Shown piece by piece: positions 52,599 through 64,000 of a stretch of DNA of 64,000 nucleotides. Numbering within the stretch: position 1 is the first letter of the stretch; the number at the start of each line of letters is the position of its first letter. A program made the translations under genes and the position numbers. A model generated the notes under the pieces. It worked only from the letters and a program-made list of their open reading frames with translations, made no database searches and was not told the DNA's origin. Location of the stretch: positions 137,268,001 through 137,332,000 of the forward strand of contig JBITNC010000001.1 of assembly GCA_050084985.1 (NCBI GenBank). The letters are read 5' to 3'. This DNA is from Nageia nagi. Taxonomy: Eukaryota > Plantae > Pinophyta.

Positions 52599-55567
52599 TT
52601 ATGATAAATTTTGGTGTTTGGTAAATGAGATATGATTTTGAAACTATGGTTTGGAAGACTATAGATGATATTGTCCAATTATGTTATGATGGTGTAGTTA
52701 GGGTCATGAAGGTAGGAATGTATAAGAATAAATTTTGAGTTTTGAAATATTAATAGTAGTTATTTTAAGAGACATAAGTTTTTCCTCAAATTTTTTGCAA
52801 CTAGCACTACAAAGGAAGGCACAATGGATTACCAAGGTTCTTAAAGCTTAAATATGGTATCTTATTAGGTGTACCATTCCTTTCATTCCTCCCCTTAATA
52901 TAGGGACATTCACCAATTACAAAGCTCATAGGAACCCTTCATGAGGGATGTTGGGTACTTAGGGCATTAGCCCATATTCGAGGATCTCACCCAATGGAGA
53001 GCCTTTGGAAGCATGTCATAGTAGAGACACATATGTAAATGCTCCATACTACCTTATTAGGACCTTGTTGCATTGAAGAGACTATGGGAGCCTCTGCTCA
53101 ATGTCTATGTCATGTGCCATAGTGCCAGTATCATGCCTAGAATGATGTGCCATACCCATAAGAAGCATTGATAAATTAGGAATAGGAACTTGAGTTTGAT
53201 TTTTGGTCAATCTTAAGTTATCTTAATGTTATGTTAGAAATTAGGCAAAAAGAAAGGATTTTACATTAGAAACTTAGAAGCTCGATTTAATGTTCTATGT
53301 GGAATTACAAATATTATGGGGATTTCTTCATTAGTATGCCTATGACTTTTAGTGAAAACATATCAAATATAGGGCAAGAAAATTAAGATTTGCATTTATG
53401 TAAGAATGTAGGATTTACAAAAGAAATTAACCATGCTACATAAAGGAAGTTATTTTCTTAATATAATAATTTTCATATAAGTTATAATAAACATAACATT
53501 AACTAAAATAATAATGGATAGCTCATGAAAGTAAAAATATTAAATATGTAGCATAAAAGAGATAATGATAATGGTACTTAACTTTTAATGTCGTATTACT
53601 ATAGTGGGCCTAAAACCATTTTCATGATACATGTGGTTTAATACCCACTTAAAGACCTCAATTGCATTATCTCCATATAAGTGATAATCTAAAGTAATTG
53701 CTTCAAAAGGAACAACAATCAAGAAAAATAATTTTAAGAAGTTAATTTAATGAAATTTAGTAGTTTAGATCTTCGATAGTTGGTTTAACACCTATTTTAT
53801 AATAAATTTATGATTAAAAATGAAAAACAATAACCAAATCATTGACAAAAATAAATAATCACAAACATACAATAATATTAACAATAATCAAACAAACATT
53901 TATACTTAATGTCAAATTATAACTTAATTCTCTTTTCAAATTTTTTAAATTACTTATTTTGTAAATTCAAAACTTCTTGTCATCCCAAATCTTAAAGCTA
54001 GATCATATTCTTTTATTTTACGTTAAATTTGATTCAATGTAAATAATTATCCATACAAACAAATAAGTACAATAGAAACCATTTTATGAAAAATAAATTT
54101 AATAAAACGGATAATTTCTATTGTGAAAGCTGAAATTCAACTCTTAACGTTTTCCCCATGAAAGTTAAATATCATTCTTCCAAATTTTAATAAATATATA
54201 TTATAAGATAGTTCAATAATTTAGAAGCACGAACTTTTATACTATTATAAATTCATCAATTGAATGTTTGTTGCATGAAAGCATTGGCAATAATTGAAGC
54301 ATGGGAATTCAAAGTAACTGCCCACACTTTAGAACGTTAAATAACCATTATTATATTTTCACTTAAGAATCTTCCATCATTTTAATAATGACGTTGGTTC
54401 AAAGCCTTCCCATCCTTCCAATGATGGGGCACGCGCCTCAATGGGATCGAACTACGAGGCAACGGAACATATTAACTTAAATAGGTAAATACAACATAGT
54501 GAATAAATTTAAATAAAAAAAATTAATTATAAATATATATTTCAATTTGTTTATTTTATTATTTTTATATTTCTATATGAAAAGTATATACGTTATAGTA
54601 GAAACATAATAATTAGCGATGATGAATTTTTTTGAAATTTAAACGTTAAAATATTACTGCTTTACATATAATAAAAATATTATGAGTATCAAAGGTAAAG
54701 TTAGATTTGATTAAAATGTAATATTAAAGAAAAAGAGAAAAACATAAATAAAGTTGTATTATGCACAGAGTATAATTATTAATATAAGAATTTAAAGCAT
54801 AAATGAGATACAATTTATATAGAAGGATAATATGTATGTAATTATTTCGAAATTAAAGAAAAGAAGTATATTTATAAAGAAATTGTTGTATATAATTGTT
54901 GAGCAATAAAATGCTTCTGTTAATTAAAAGATTGAAAGTACATTGAAAACATCGTCCCAAGTCCTCATAGCTACCCCTTGAAAAATTAAGTCATTTCCAA
55001 TCATTTGTTACCATTTCTCTCTCTTATTTGCCTTATCACCTCTCTTTTTAAGCTACCAAGCAACTCGCCCATTGGTGTAACTCATTGCATTTGCTTTTCA
55101 ATTAAAGAACTATCAAAATACCTAATGGAGAAGAGAAGACAAGTTGATTTCATATGTGAGAATTATAGGTATTTTATTTTAAATGCTTTTGAATCTCATA
55201 AACTTTAAGGATATTTGTATATATGCTATCTTTTCTAAAGACAAGTTCAATTTTAACATCATCAAATCAACATAAATTATTCTACCAACTAATTATATAA
55301 TTTAAGCTTATTTTTATTATCTTGATATACCCATTTGGATTAGTTTATTGTCAACTATGAGTCCTCGTAGATCATGATGTTTTTTATTTGTAATATTTCT
55401 ATTACACTTAATCCAAACGTAAGTGTTTCATATTCTGTTAGGTTCATTATACATAGAAACTTTAGGAAACACGCCATAAGGATTGTGCTCGCTTAAGGGG
55501 CGATCAAAGCAATATTTCATCTTGTGTCTTATGTTATCTTAGAATCATAAAATATATCTTTATACTT

Positions 55568-58500
55568 ATTTTTTAGACAGGCAAAAAATGGGTTTTTTTA
55601 ACAAGGTCCCAAAACCTGTTAAAATTTTGTTTTTTTAATAGGATCCCAAAACTTGTTTACAAATGAAGTAATTATTCAAAAAGTTCTAATGGTATTTTCT
55701 ATGAAGAAGCTTGGTAGAGTTTGTGAAGTTCTTAATGTAACTTGATATCATAATACCATTGAACAATTTCTTATTTCGTATGCATATTTTCTTTACTCAT
55801 AATAAAGTAATGATTGAAGTCTTCCAAAATATAGCTTTTTAGACTAAATTGTAAAATAACGCATTATATTGACTTATCGCAAAAGATTATGTGATTGCAC
55901 TCCTTCCATACTAACCAACATAAGTGTGGCAAGATAAACTTCTAAAGTGAGTTGAGGATTTTATTTGAAAAATAAATCTCCTAGTGATGCATTAGTTCTT
56001 TCATCATTCATGGGAACACCCATGAATAACCAAATTAAAAAAGGATGCCTTCTCAAATAGCCATGGAGGAAGAGCAATGAATAAAGAGGTGGTCAAGTAA
56101 TTCATCTATACATTTGCAAAGTTCACACCTATTAAGGAGTTGAAATATGTGCTTTTTGAGATTAGCTATAGCCAAGATATTCTTATAACTAGTGGCCCAC
56201 ATGAATAATGCAATTTTTAGGAGAAAATCCTTTAACCAAATCTTATTCTAGAAAGTTATCTCTTTTATGAGGAAAGTCTTTTGCAATGCCATGTAGCCAG
56301 TTGGAACATTGTATCCTTATTTTGCATTGGGCTTCTAGATTAGCTTGTAAGTGAAGTCATTTGGTCCAATGGTTTTAGATTCCAACTCTTTTTTGATGAG
56401 TTTTAATAATTCCTAGACTATCTTTGGGGTAGGCCCCTATACTAAGTTCCAAGATTGATAGATTTAGTATTTAAGATCTAACTTTCAACATTTTCTTCTT
56501 GAAGTAAATTTTCCCCAATTTGCACACTCTTCTAGTTTCAAGTAATGCCTTAAAGGTTTATCTCTAAGCCTCAAATCATCTCAGGAAAAAAATGTCCTTT
56601 CTAAATAAGAGATCTTGTCTACAACAATCCATTATAGAATTAGAAACTATTGAGGGTGGGTTCTCAATTCTAATTAAGAAGGTTTTATTCAATTATTTGG
56701 ATTTGCAAATGTAAGTCCATTTATTTTCCTCTTTACAACATAATTTCCAACCAAGCTTAGTGATAAGGACTTTATTGAGGTGTTTCACCTTCCTAAGTCT
56801 AAGACTACCATCAAATTTTGGATTATAGACTCTATACCAAGGAATCAAGATATATCTTCTCCTAAATAAAGCAATCCCAAGGTGTACGAAGGAGAGTTCT
56901 TTTCTTTAACTATGAAAAATAGAAGTGATCTTGATTTATTTGTAAGGGAGTAAGAAGAAAGTAGATTGTTAACTTTGAGAAGTTCATCTTTTGTATAGTT
57001 TCTTTTTCATAAAGCTAAAGGACATAAAAGAGTATTTTTGCCTCCTTGGTTGAAAATTTTCTAAAAAGTATTATATTGTTAACAAATTGATGGTGGACAA
57101 TATTGTTGCAATTAGTTGTTAAATGAATACTAATAATGTGTTTGAGGGCCTTTTTGTTGAGAAGTGATCTTCCAAGTTTTTTAGCCATGAGAATGAATAG
57201 GTAAGGAGAGAGGATATCCTTATTTGATTCCTTTTTGAAAGGAGAATAATCTAACAACTTTTCCTTGATGAGGAAGGAGAATTTTAGCATGGAGATACAA
57301 ATTTGGATCCACTTCTACCATTAACAATTGAAACCAAATCTATCTAAGAGGCTATCAAGAAATACCAAATTGACCTTATCAAAGTTCTTTTAAATGTCAA
57401 GTTTTAAGAACATACAAATATCATTCTTTGTTTGAATGGTGTGGAGAACTTCGTGCATTATGATGATCCTATCAATAATTTACATATTTTGAATAAAGTC
57501 ATCTTATTCAATAAATATGAGGTTTGGGAGGAATATATTTAGTGTACTGGTAAGGAGTTTAGTGATGACATTATAGATAGTATTGCAAAGATGTATTAGA
57601 TGAAAGTATTTAAATTCCTTTGCATATTTGGTTTTAGGAATAAGTGCTAGGAATGTAGCATTCCAAGTCTTGAGAAGGGAATCAAATTTTTGAAACTCCT
57701 AAATGGCTTTGATAACATCTTCTTTAATAGTGTTATAGTTCAATTGAAAGAATCATGTAGGGAAGTCATCAAGGCCTGGAGCCTTTCATAGAAAATAAAC
57801 CACTTCCTATTTCATCCTTATAGAAGGGTTAAATCATAATTTTTTTCATTTTTTCATTTATTAGTCATGGGACTTTACTAAGAAACTTTCTAATAACATT
57901 AGGATTATATTCTTAATCAATGAAAAAATATTTTTTGAAGAATATTACTCCCTCTATTTTTGATTTCATGAGGTTCTCTTATTAAAGTGCCATCATATTT
58001 GATGATTTATGATATTTTACTATGAATTATTCTCCTCAAGGTTATAGTCTTAAAGGATTTTATAGAATTTTATAATTTTGTTGTGTTCCTTTAGCTAGAT
58101 GATTCTTGATATTTGCTTCTAATGGATTTCCCCTTAGTAGAGAATGGTATTTAGTGTTGCAGCTATTGATCTTTCCATTTTTTCTAGATCTCCATATCTA
58201 CTATTATTCTATATAATATTTTTAATTTCTTCTAACTATTTTTTTAGGGTGTATTTTTCGACATTAATGCATGGGAATACTTCCTTGTTCCATTGTCTGA
58301 TAAAATACAAAATTAAGATTTAGAAAAGAGAGAAGAATGATTATGCACCTTTTATCTTTTAAGGGGATAGTCCCTTGCATAATATTTGAGTTTTACATAA
58401 CCAAAAGTACTCAAGCTTTACCATCCTTTCCCATTAATGGGAAGAGTTCTAATACAATAGAATGACATATGCTTGCAAATAACCTTCTAACTTTGGTTTC

Positions 58501-60600
58501 ATTATTAAATTTTATTTCTTAGAGAAAAATAATTTTCAATCTATTTTCAAGATACAGATTCTTGTGGAACTTCCTACGTTTAACAGAGTTACACCCCCTG
58601 ATATTCTAGTTAAGGATATTCATTTTGAGGTCTTTGGGATGAATATCCCCCACTGCTCTATAGTTCGGTGGGAAGATTGGGTCATAGTTGTAACTTTAAA
58701 TGATCTTTCAAATGTAAATCTTGAAATTTTGGTTTACTTGATTGAATTTCTTGTAGAATGCATTGCACTTCAAGGGTTTAAGGGGATTTGTACTTTCAAA
58801 GGAGTGACATGTGAATCATGCAGGTCATTATGAGGCTCTTCTAATATTATACCATGCATGAGGGTGTTAGAGGAGAGTTATTCAAGGAGGGTGATTTTGT
58901 CTTCTTTCCTTATTTCACTTTCTTCTACTTTGTCTAGTTTTTCAAAGCATTGAAGGAATTATCAATAATGACGATTTATAAATTAGTTAGTGGGACAATA
59001 TGAGGGTGCCTTGGCTTACAAGTTTTGGAATGCAGAGGCTTGATGAATTGTTCATGATTCTTCTACATGGGTTTATTATTGATAGGTTATGGAGGGATTT
59101 TGGGTTAATCTGGGTAGTCTTGGGTGGTATGTCCGATAATTTTATAGATTACATAACATAGAATGAGATCTCATATTTGATATTCTCTTCCCAAATTTTA
59201 TTCAATGACTTGAGCTTCATTTTCTTTGGAATATTTTTATTAAAATCTATACACTACTAAATATACCTAGATTTGCACCTAAACATAGTGTATTTTTTTT
59301 AAACTTCAACACTAAAAAGCGACACAAATTTTGATGCAATCGACATAATAAATTTTGCATCCTTTTTTGCATCAGATTACCAATTGCTATGTTGATTTTT
59401 TGCATTGAAATTTTTTCAAAATTTACATCATTTTTTATATCAATTTTTTAGAATTTGCATCAATTTTTGTGTCAAATTTTTAGAATTTGCATTGGATTTT
59501 TAGAATTTGCATCGAATTTTGAAGCAATTTTTGCATTGATTTTTATAAGAAAATATTATAGAATTGTAGATCTTTTAATTCGATGTGATTTTTAAAAAAA
59601 TGAGCTCAAAACAATATCCAGATCAAAAGTAACAACCTCTATAAGGTACATCATTTTTATTAGGTCTTTGGGGTAATGACATTGGTCCATGTTAAACCAG
59701 TTCAAGAATGGGGTTAGTGTTTTAGGTTTTAAAAATTTGAATTTATTATATATATTTTTTCTAAACAATATTTTTCATTTCTTGTTGCTTGATTTTTTAT
59801 CAGCCTTTGAAGGGATTTTCTTTTATGCAATTGGAGATTATTCTTTATGGCTTCTTCTCTACCTTGGGTGCCATAGCTACAATCAAAACCTGAAATCTAA
59901 GGAAGAAAAAAATTAGCTAAAGTTTATGAAATGTGAGGATTATAGGAATGGTTTGTTGATATATATATATATAGGAGAGGGTATTTGGCTATTGGGTAAT
60001 CATTTTTGGTACAAATAAAGAATAAAATGAATGTGAGCCATCAATTGGTCGATTGATGAACATGTAAAATGTGTTTTAAGTTTTGTTAGTGAAGTGCGAT
60101 GTAAAATTTGCATCGATTTTTACATCAAAAAAGTGAAAAATGGAAAAAAATTAGAATGATGCAGGAGGATGCAAATTAACATCAATTTTCATTTTTCATA
60201 TTTGAAGACACATAATAGAATGCAAATCGATTTGTTGGTAATAGTGGTATTAACATAAAAATATATATAAATCCATCGAGTTCTATTTTCCACAGTTGAG
60301 TCTATGGGATAAGGTTTTCAGTTGATTTAATAATGCTTGCAATTATGTTGATATTCCATAATTCCTTAGGTGGCTTTGATAGTTGGACCCAAATTGGGGT
60401 GACAACTATATTTTCTTTTTTAGATCAAAAGTCATTATATCATTCCTAGAGATACAAGTCTTTCTTGTTGAAGAACCATGGGCCTCTTTGGAGAACTTCA
60501 ATCTTATCTGATTTGGACTAAAATTTGAACAAGAGGAAGTCATGTGAAAGGAGGGAGATAATTTATGGAATAGAAAAGAATTATACTCACATAGATTACA
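55568..60600 (-). mobile_element. Decayed L1-type LINE (ORF1 and ORF2 remnants)
   Basis: ORF1-like VLQRGPWFFNKKD..PIWVQL (60300-60560); RT KAPGLDDF, KLDI*KNFDKV, LSPYLFILMA, HHQFVNNIILF; T-rich 3' end near 55568. Confidence 0.85.
59252..60246. mobile_element. Non-autonomous CACTA element inserted in the LINE
   Basis: CACTAC..GATTTGCACCTA / TAGAATGCAAATC..ATAGTG imperfect TIRs; 3-bp TSD ATA/GTA; many TTGCATC(G/A)ATTTT subterminal repeats; no transposase. Confidence 0.75.
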
Positions 60601-61017
60601 TTTTTTAAAGAATAAAAATGTAATAGAAAAGATAAAAACTACTATAATGTATTGGTTTTAACCATGTGCCATTAGAATTGAAGGTTTATGATAGAAATTA
60701 TTTATTATTTATTCAAAGAAAATGGGTTCTATTTTTCTCAAGAGAATTGAAGTTCTTGCTGATATCATAGAATTGCCTATGACTTACAAAACTTGTATTC
60801 AACATTTGTACTCATGGGGTTGACATGGCTCTTACAAACTTTTTGAGTACAAAATATAACTATACAAATGAGATATAGACGATTAAGCTTTGTAAAAAGT
60901 TACTGTCTATACCTAATTTTCAATTATTTGTATATTTTGAATGATACGCATGCTATTATTACAATTCATGCATGGTGAAAATGCCCTTAATTTACTTAGA
61001 ATTTTGAGATATGGTGA

Positions 61018-64000
61018 AAATTACTTATTTTTTAAATTCAAAACTTCTTGTCATCCCAAATCTTAAAGCTAGATCATATTCTTTTATTTTACGTTAAATT
61101 TGATTCAATGTAAATAATTATACATACAAACAGATAAGTACAATAGAAACCATTTTATGAAAAATAAATTTAATAAAACGGATAATTTCTATTGTGAAAG
61201 CTGAAATTCAACTCTTAACATTTTCCCCATGAAAGTTAAATATCATTCTTCCAAATTTTAATAAATATATATTATAAGATAGTTCAATAATTTAGAAGCA
61301 CGAACTTTTATACTATTATAAATTCATCAATTGCATGTTTGTTGCATGAAAGTATTGGCAATAATTGAAGCATGGGAATTCAAAGTAACTGCCCACACTT
61401 TAGAACGTTAAATAACCATTATTATATTTTCACTTAAGAATCTTCCATCATTTTAATAATGACGTTGGTTCAAAGCCTTCCCATCCTTCCAATGATGGGG
61501 CACGCGCCTCAATGGGATCGAACTACGAGGCAACGGTAACATATTAACTTAAATAGGTAAATACAACATAGTGAATAAATTTAAATAAAAAAAATTAATT
61601 ATAAATATATATTTCAATTTGTTTATTTTATTATTTTTATATTTCTATATGAAAAGTATATACGTTATAGTAGAAACATAATAATTAGCGATGATGAATT
61701 TTTTTGAAATTTAGACGTTAAAATATTACTACTTTACATATAATAAAAATATTATGAGTATCAAAGGTAAAGTTAGATTTGATTAAAATGTAATATTAAA
61801 GAAAAAGATAAAAACATAAATAAAGTTGTATTAGGCATAGAGTATAATTATTAATATAAGAATTTAAAGCATAAATGAGATACAATTTATATAGAAGGAT
61901 AATATGTATGTAATTATTTCGAAATTAAAGAAAAGAAGTATATTTATAAAGAAATTGTATATAATTGTTGAGCAATAAAATGCTTCTGTTAATTAAAAGA
62001 TTGAAAGTACATTGAAAACATCATCCCAAGTCCTCATAGCTACCCCTTGAAAAATTAAGTCATTTCCAATCATTTGTTACCATTTTTCTCTCTTATTTGC
62101 CTTATCACCTCTCTTTTTAAGCTACCAAGCAACTCGCCCATTGGTGTAACTCATTGCATTTGCTTTTCAATTAAAGAACTATCAAAATACCTAATGGAGA
62201 AGAGAAGACAAGTTGATTTCATATGTGAGAATTATAGGTATTTTATTTTAAATGCTTTTGAATCTCATAAACTATAAGGATATTTGTATATATGCTATCT
62301 TTTCTAAAGACAAGTTCAATTTTAACATCATCAAATCAACATAAATTATTCTACCAACTAATTATATAATTTAAGCTTATTTTTATTATCTTGATATACC
62401 CATTTGGATTAGTTTATTGTCAACTATGAGTCCTCGTAGATCATGATGTTTTTTATTTGTAATCTTTCTATTACACTTAATTCGAACGTAAGTGTTTCAT
62501 ATTCTGTTAGGTTCATTATACATAGAAACTTTAGGAAACACGCCATAAGGATTGTGCTCGCTTAAGGGGTGATCAAAGCAATATTTCATCTTGTGTCTTA
62601 TGTTATCTTAGAATCATAAAATATATCTTTACACTTATTTTTAGACAGGCAAAAAATGGGTTTTTTTAACAAGGTCCCAAAACCTGTTAAAAGTCTATTT
62701 TTTTAATAGGATCCCAAAACTTGTTTACAAATGAAGTAATTATTCAAAGAGTTCTAATGGTATTTTCTATGAAGAAGCTTGGCAGAGTTTGTGAAGTTCT
62801 TAATGTAACTTGATATCATAATACCATTGAACAATTTCTTATTTCGTATGCATACTTTCTTTACTCATAATAAGGTAATGATTGAAGTCTTCCAAAATAT
62901 AGCTTTTTAGAATAACTTGTAAAATAACACATTATATTGACTTATTGCAAAAGATTATGTGATTGCATTCCTTCCATACCAACCAACATAAGTGTGGCAA
63001 GATAAACTTCTAAAGTGAGTTGAGGATTTTATTTGTAAAATAAATCTCCTAGTGATGCATTAGTTCTTTCATCATTCATGGGAACACCCATGAATAACCA
63101 AATTAAAAAAGGATGCCTTCTCAAATAGCCATGGAGGAAGAGCAATGAATAAAGAGGTGGTTAAGTAATTCATCTATACATTTGCAAAGTTCACACCTAT
63201 TAAGGAGTTGAAATATGCGCTTTTTGAGATTAGCTATAGCCAAGATATTCTTATAACTAGTGGCCCACATGAATAATGCAATTTTTAGGAGAAAATCCTT
63301 TAACCAAATCTTATTCTAGAAAGTTATCTCTTTTATGAGGAAAGTCTTTTGCAATGCCATGTAGCCAGTTGGAACATTGTATCCTTGTTTTGCATTGGGC
63401 TTCTAGATTAGCTTGTAAGTGAAGTCATTTGGTCCAATGGTTTTAGATTCCAACTCTTTTTTGATGAGTTTTAATAATTCCTAGACTATCTTTGGGGTAG
63501 GTCCCTATACTAAGTTCCAAGATCGATAGATTTAGTATTTAAGATCTAACTTTCAACATTTTCTTCTTGAAGAAAATTTTCCCCAATTTGCACACTCTTC
63601 TAGTTTCAAGTAATGCCTTAAAGGTTTATCTCTAAGCCTCAAATCATCTCAGGAAAAAAATGTCCTTTCTAAATAAGAGATCTTGTCTACAACAATCCAT
63701 TATAGAATTAGAAACTATTGAGGGTGGGTTCTCAATTCTAATTAAGAAGGTTTTATTCAATTATTTGGATTTGCAAATGTAAGTCCATTTATTTTCCTCT
63801 TTACAACATAATTTCCAACCAAGCTTAGTGATAAGGACTTTATTGAGGTGTTTCACCTTCCTAAGTCTAAGACTACCATCAAATTTTGGATTATAGACTC
63901 TATACCAAGGAATCAAGATATATCTTCTCCTAAATAAAGCAATCCTAAGGTGTACGGAGGAGAGTTCTTTTCTTTAACTGTGAAAAATAGAAGTGATCTT
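61018..64000 (+). repeat. Second (partial) unit of the tandem duplication, including the LINE 3' part
   Basis: Near-identical to 53947 onward; continues past the window end. Confidence 0.93.

Larger units (their letters stand above)
53947..61017 (+). repeat. First unit of a ~7.07-kb tandem segmental duplication
   Basis: 53947-~56930 recurs nearly identically at 61018-64000 (offset ~7069-7071; ORFs 55005 and 62074 differ by one residue). Confidence 0.93.

Noticed and set aside
55005-55208. Conserved 67-aa small protein (also at 62074)
   Set aside because: TTG start; identity is explained by the recent duplication; no homology cues.

Overview
AT-rich, transposon-dense plant nuclear DNA. The element types and long-intron gene suggest a gymnosperm/conifer (inference only). 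It holds one intact host gene, an 11-exon full-size ABCB (P-glycoprotein, ABCB13/14-like) transporter on the minus strand (45694-35248, ~1280 aa). The rest is nested TEs: a decayed Tat-type Ty3/Gypsy pol, a complete but decayed Ty1/Copia (7382-24015, 498-bp LTRs), further LTR remnants, two CACTA elements, L1 LINEs and a recent ~7.07-kb tandem duplication running off the window. The standout is an ~8-kb, nearly intact rolling-circle transposon (15158-23219) inside the Copia. Its intron-containing RepHel is of the Helentron/Helitron2 type (RGSPH motif, DUF6570-like region, 23-aa STPR-like repeats), yet it has Helitron1-like TC...CTAG ends. It also has a 158-bp fold-back made of two tail-out copies of its own 3' end, a triplicated captured class III peroxidase fragment and an E2F site near its 5' end. 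A ~415-bp non-autonomous relative ~1.4 kb upstream of the ABCB gene independently supports both termini. A CACTA end adjoins a ~133-bp satellite built from a rearranged PPR motif. All coordinates were read by eye and no database searches were run.
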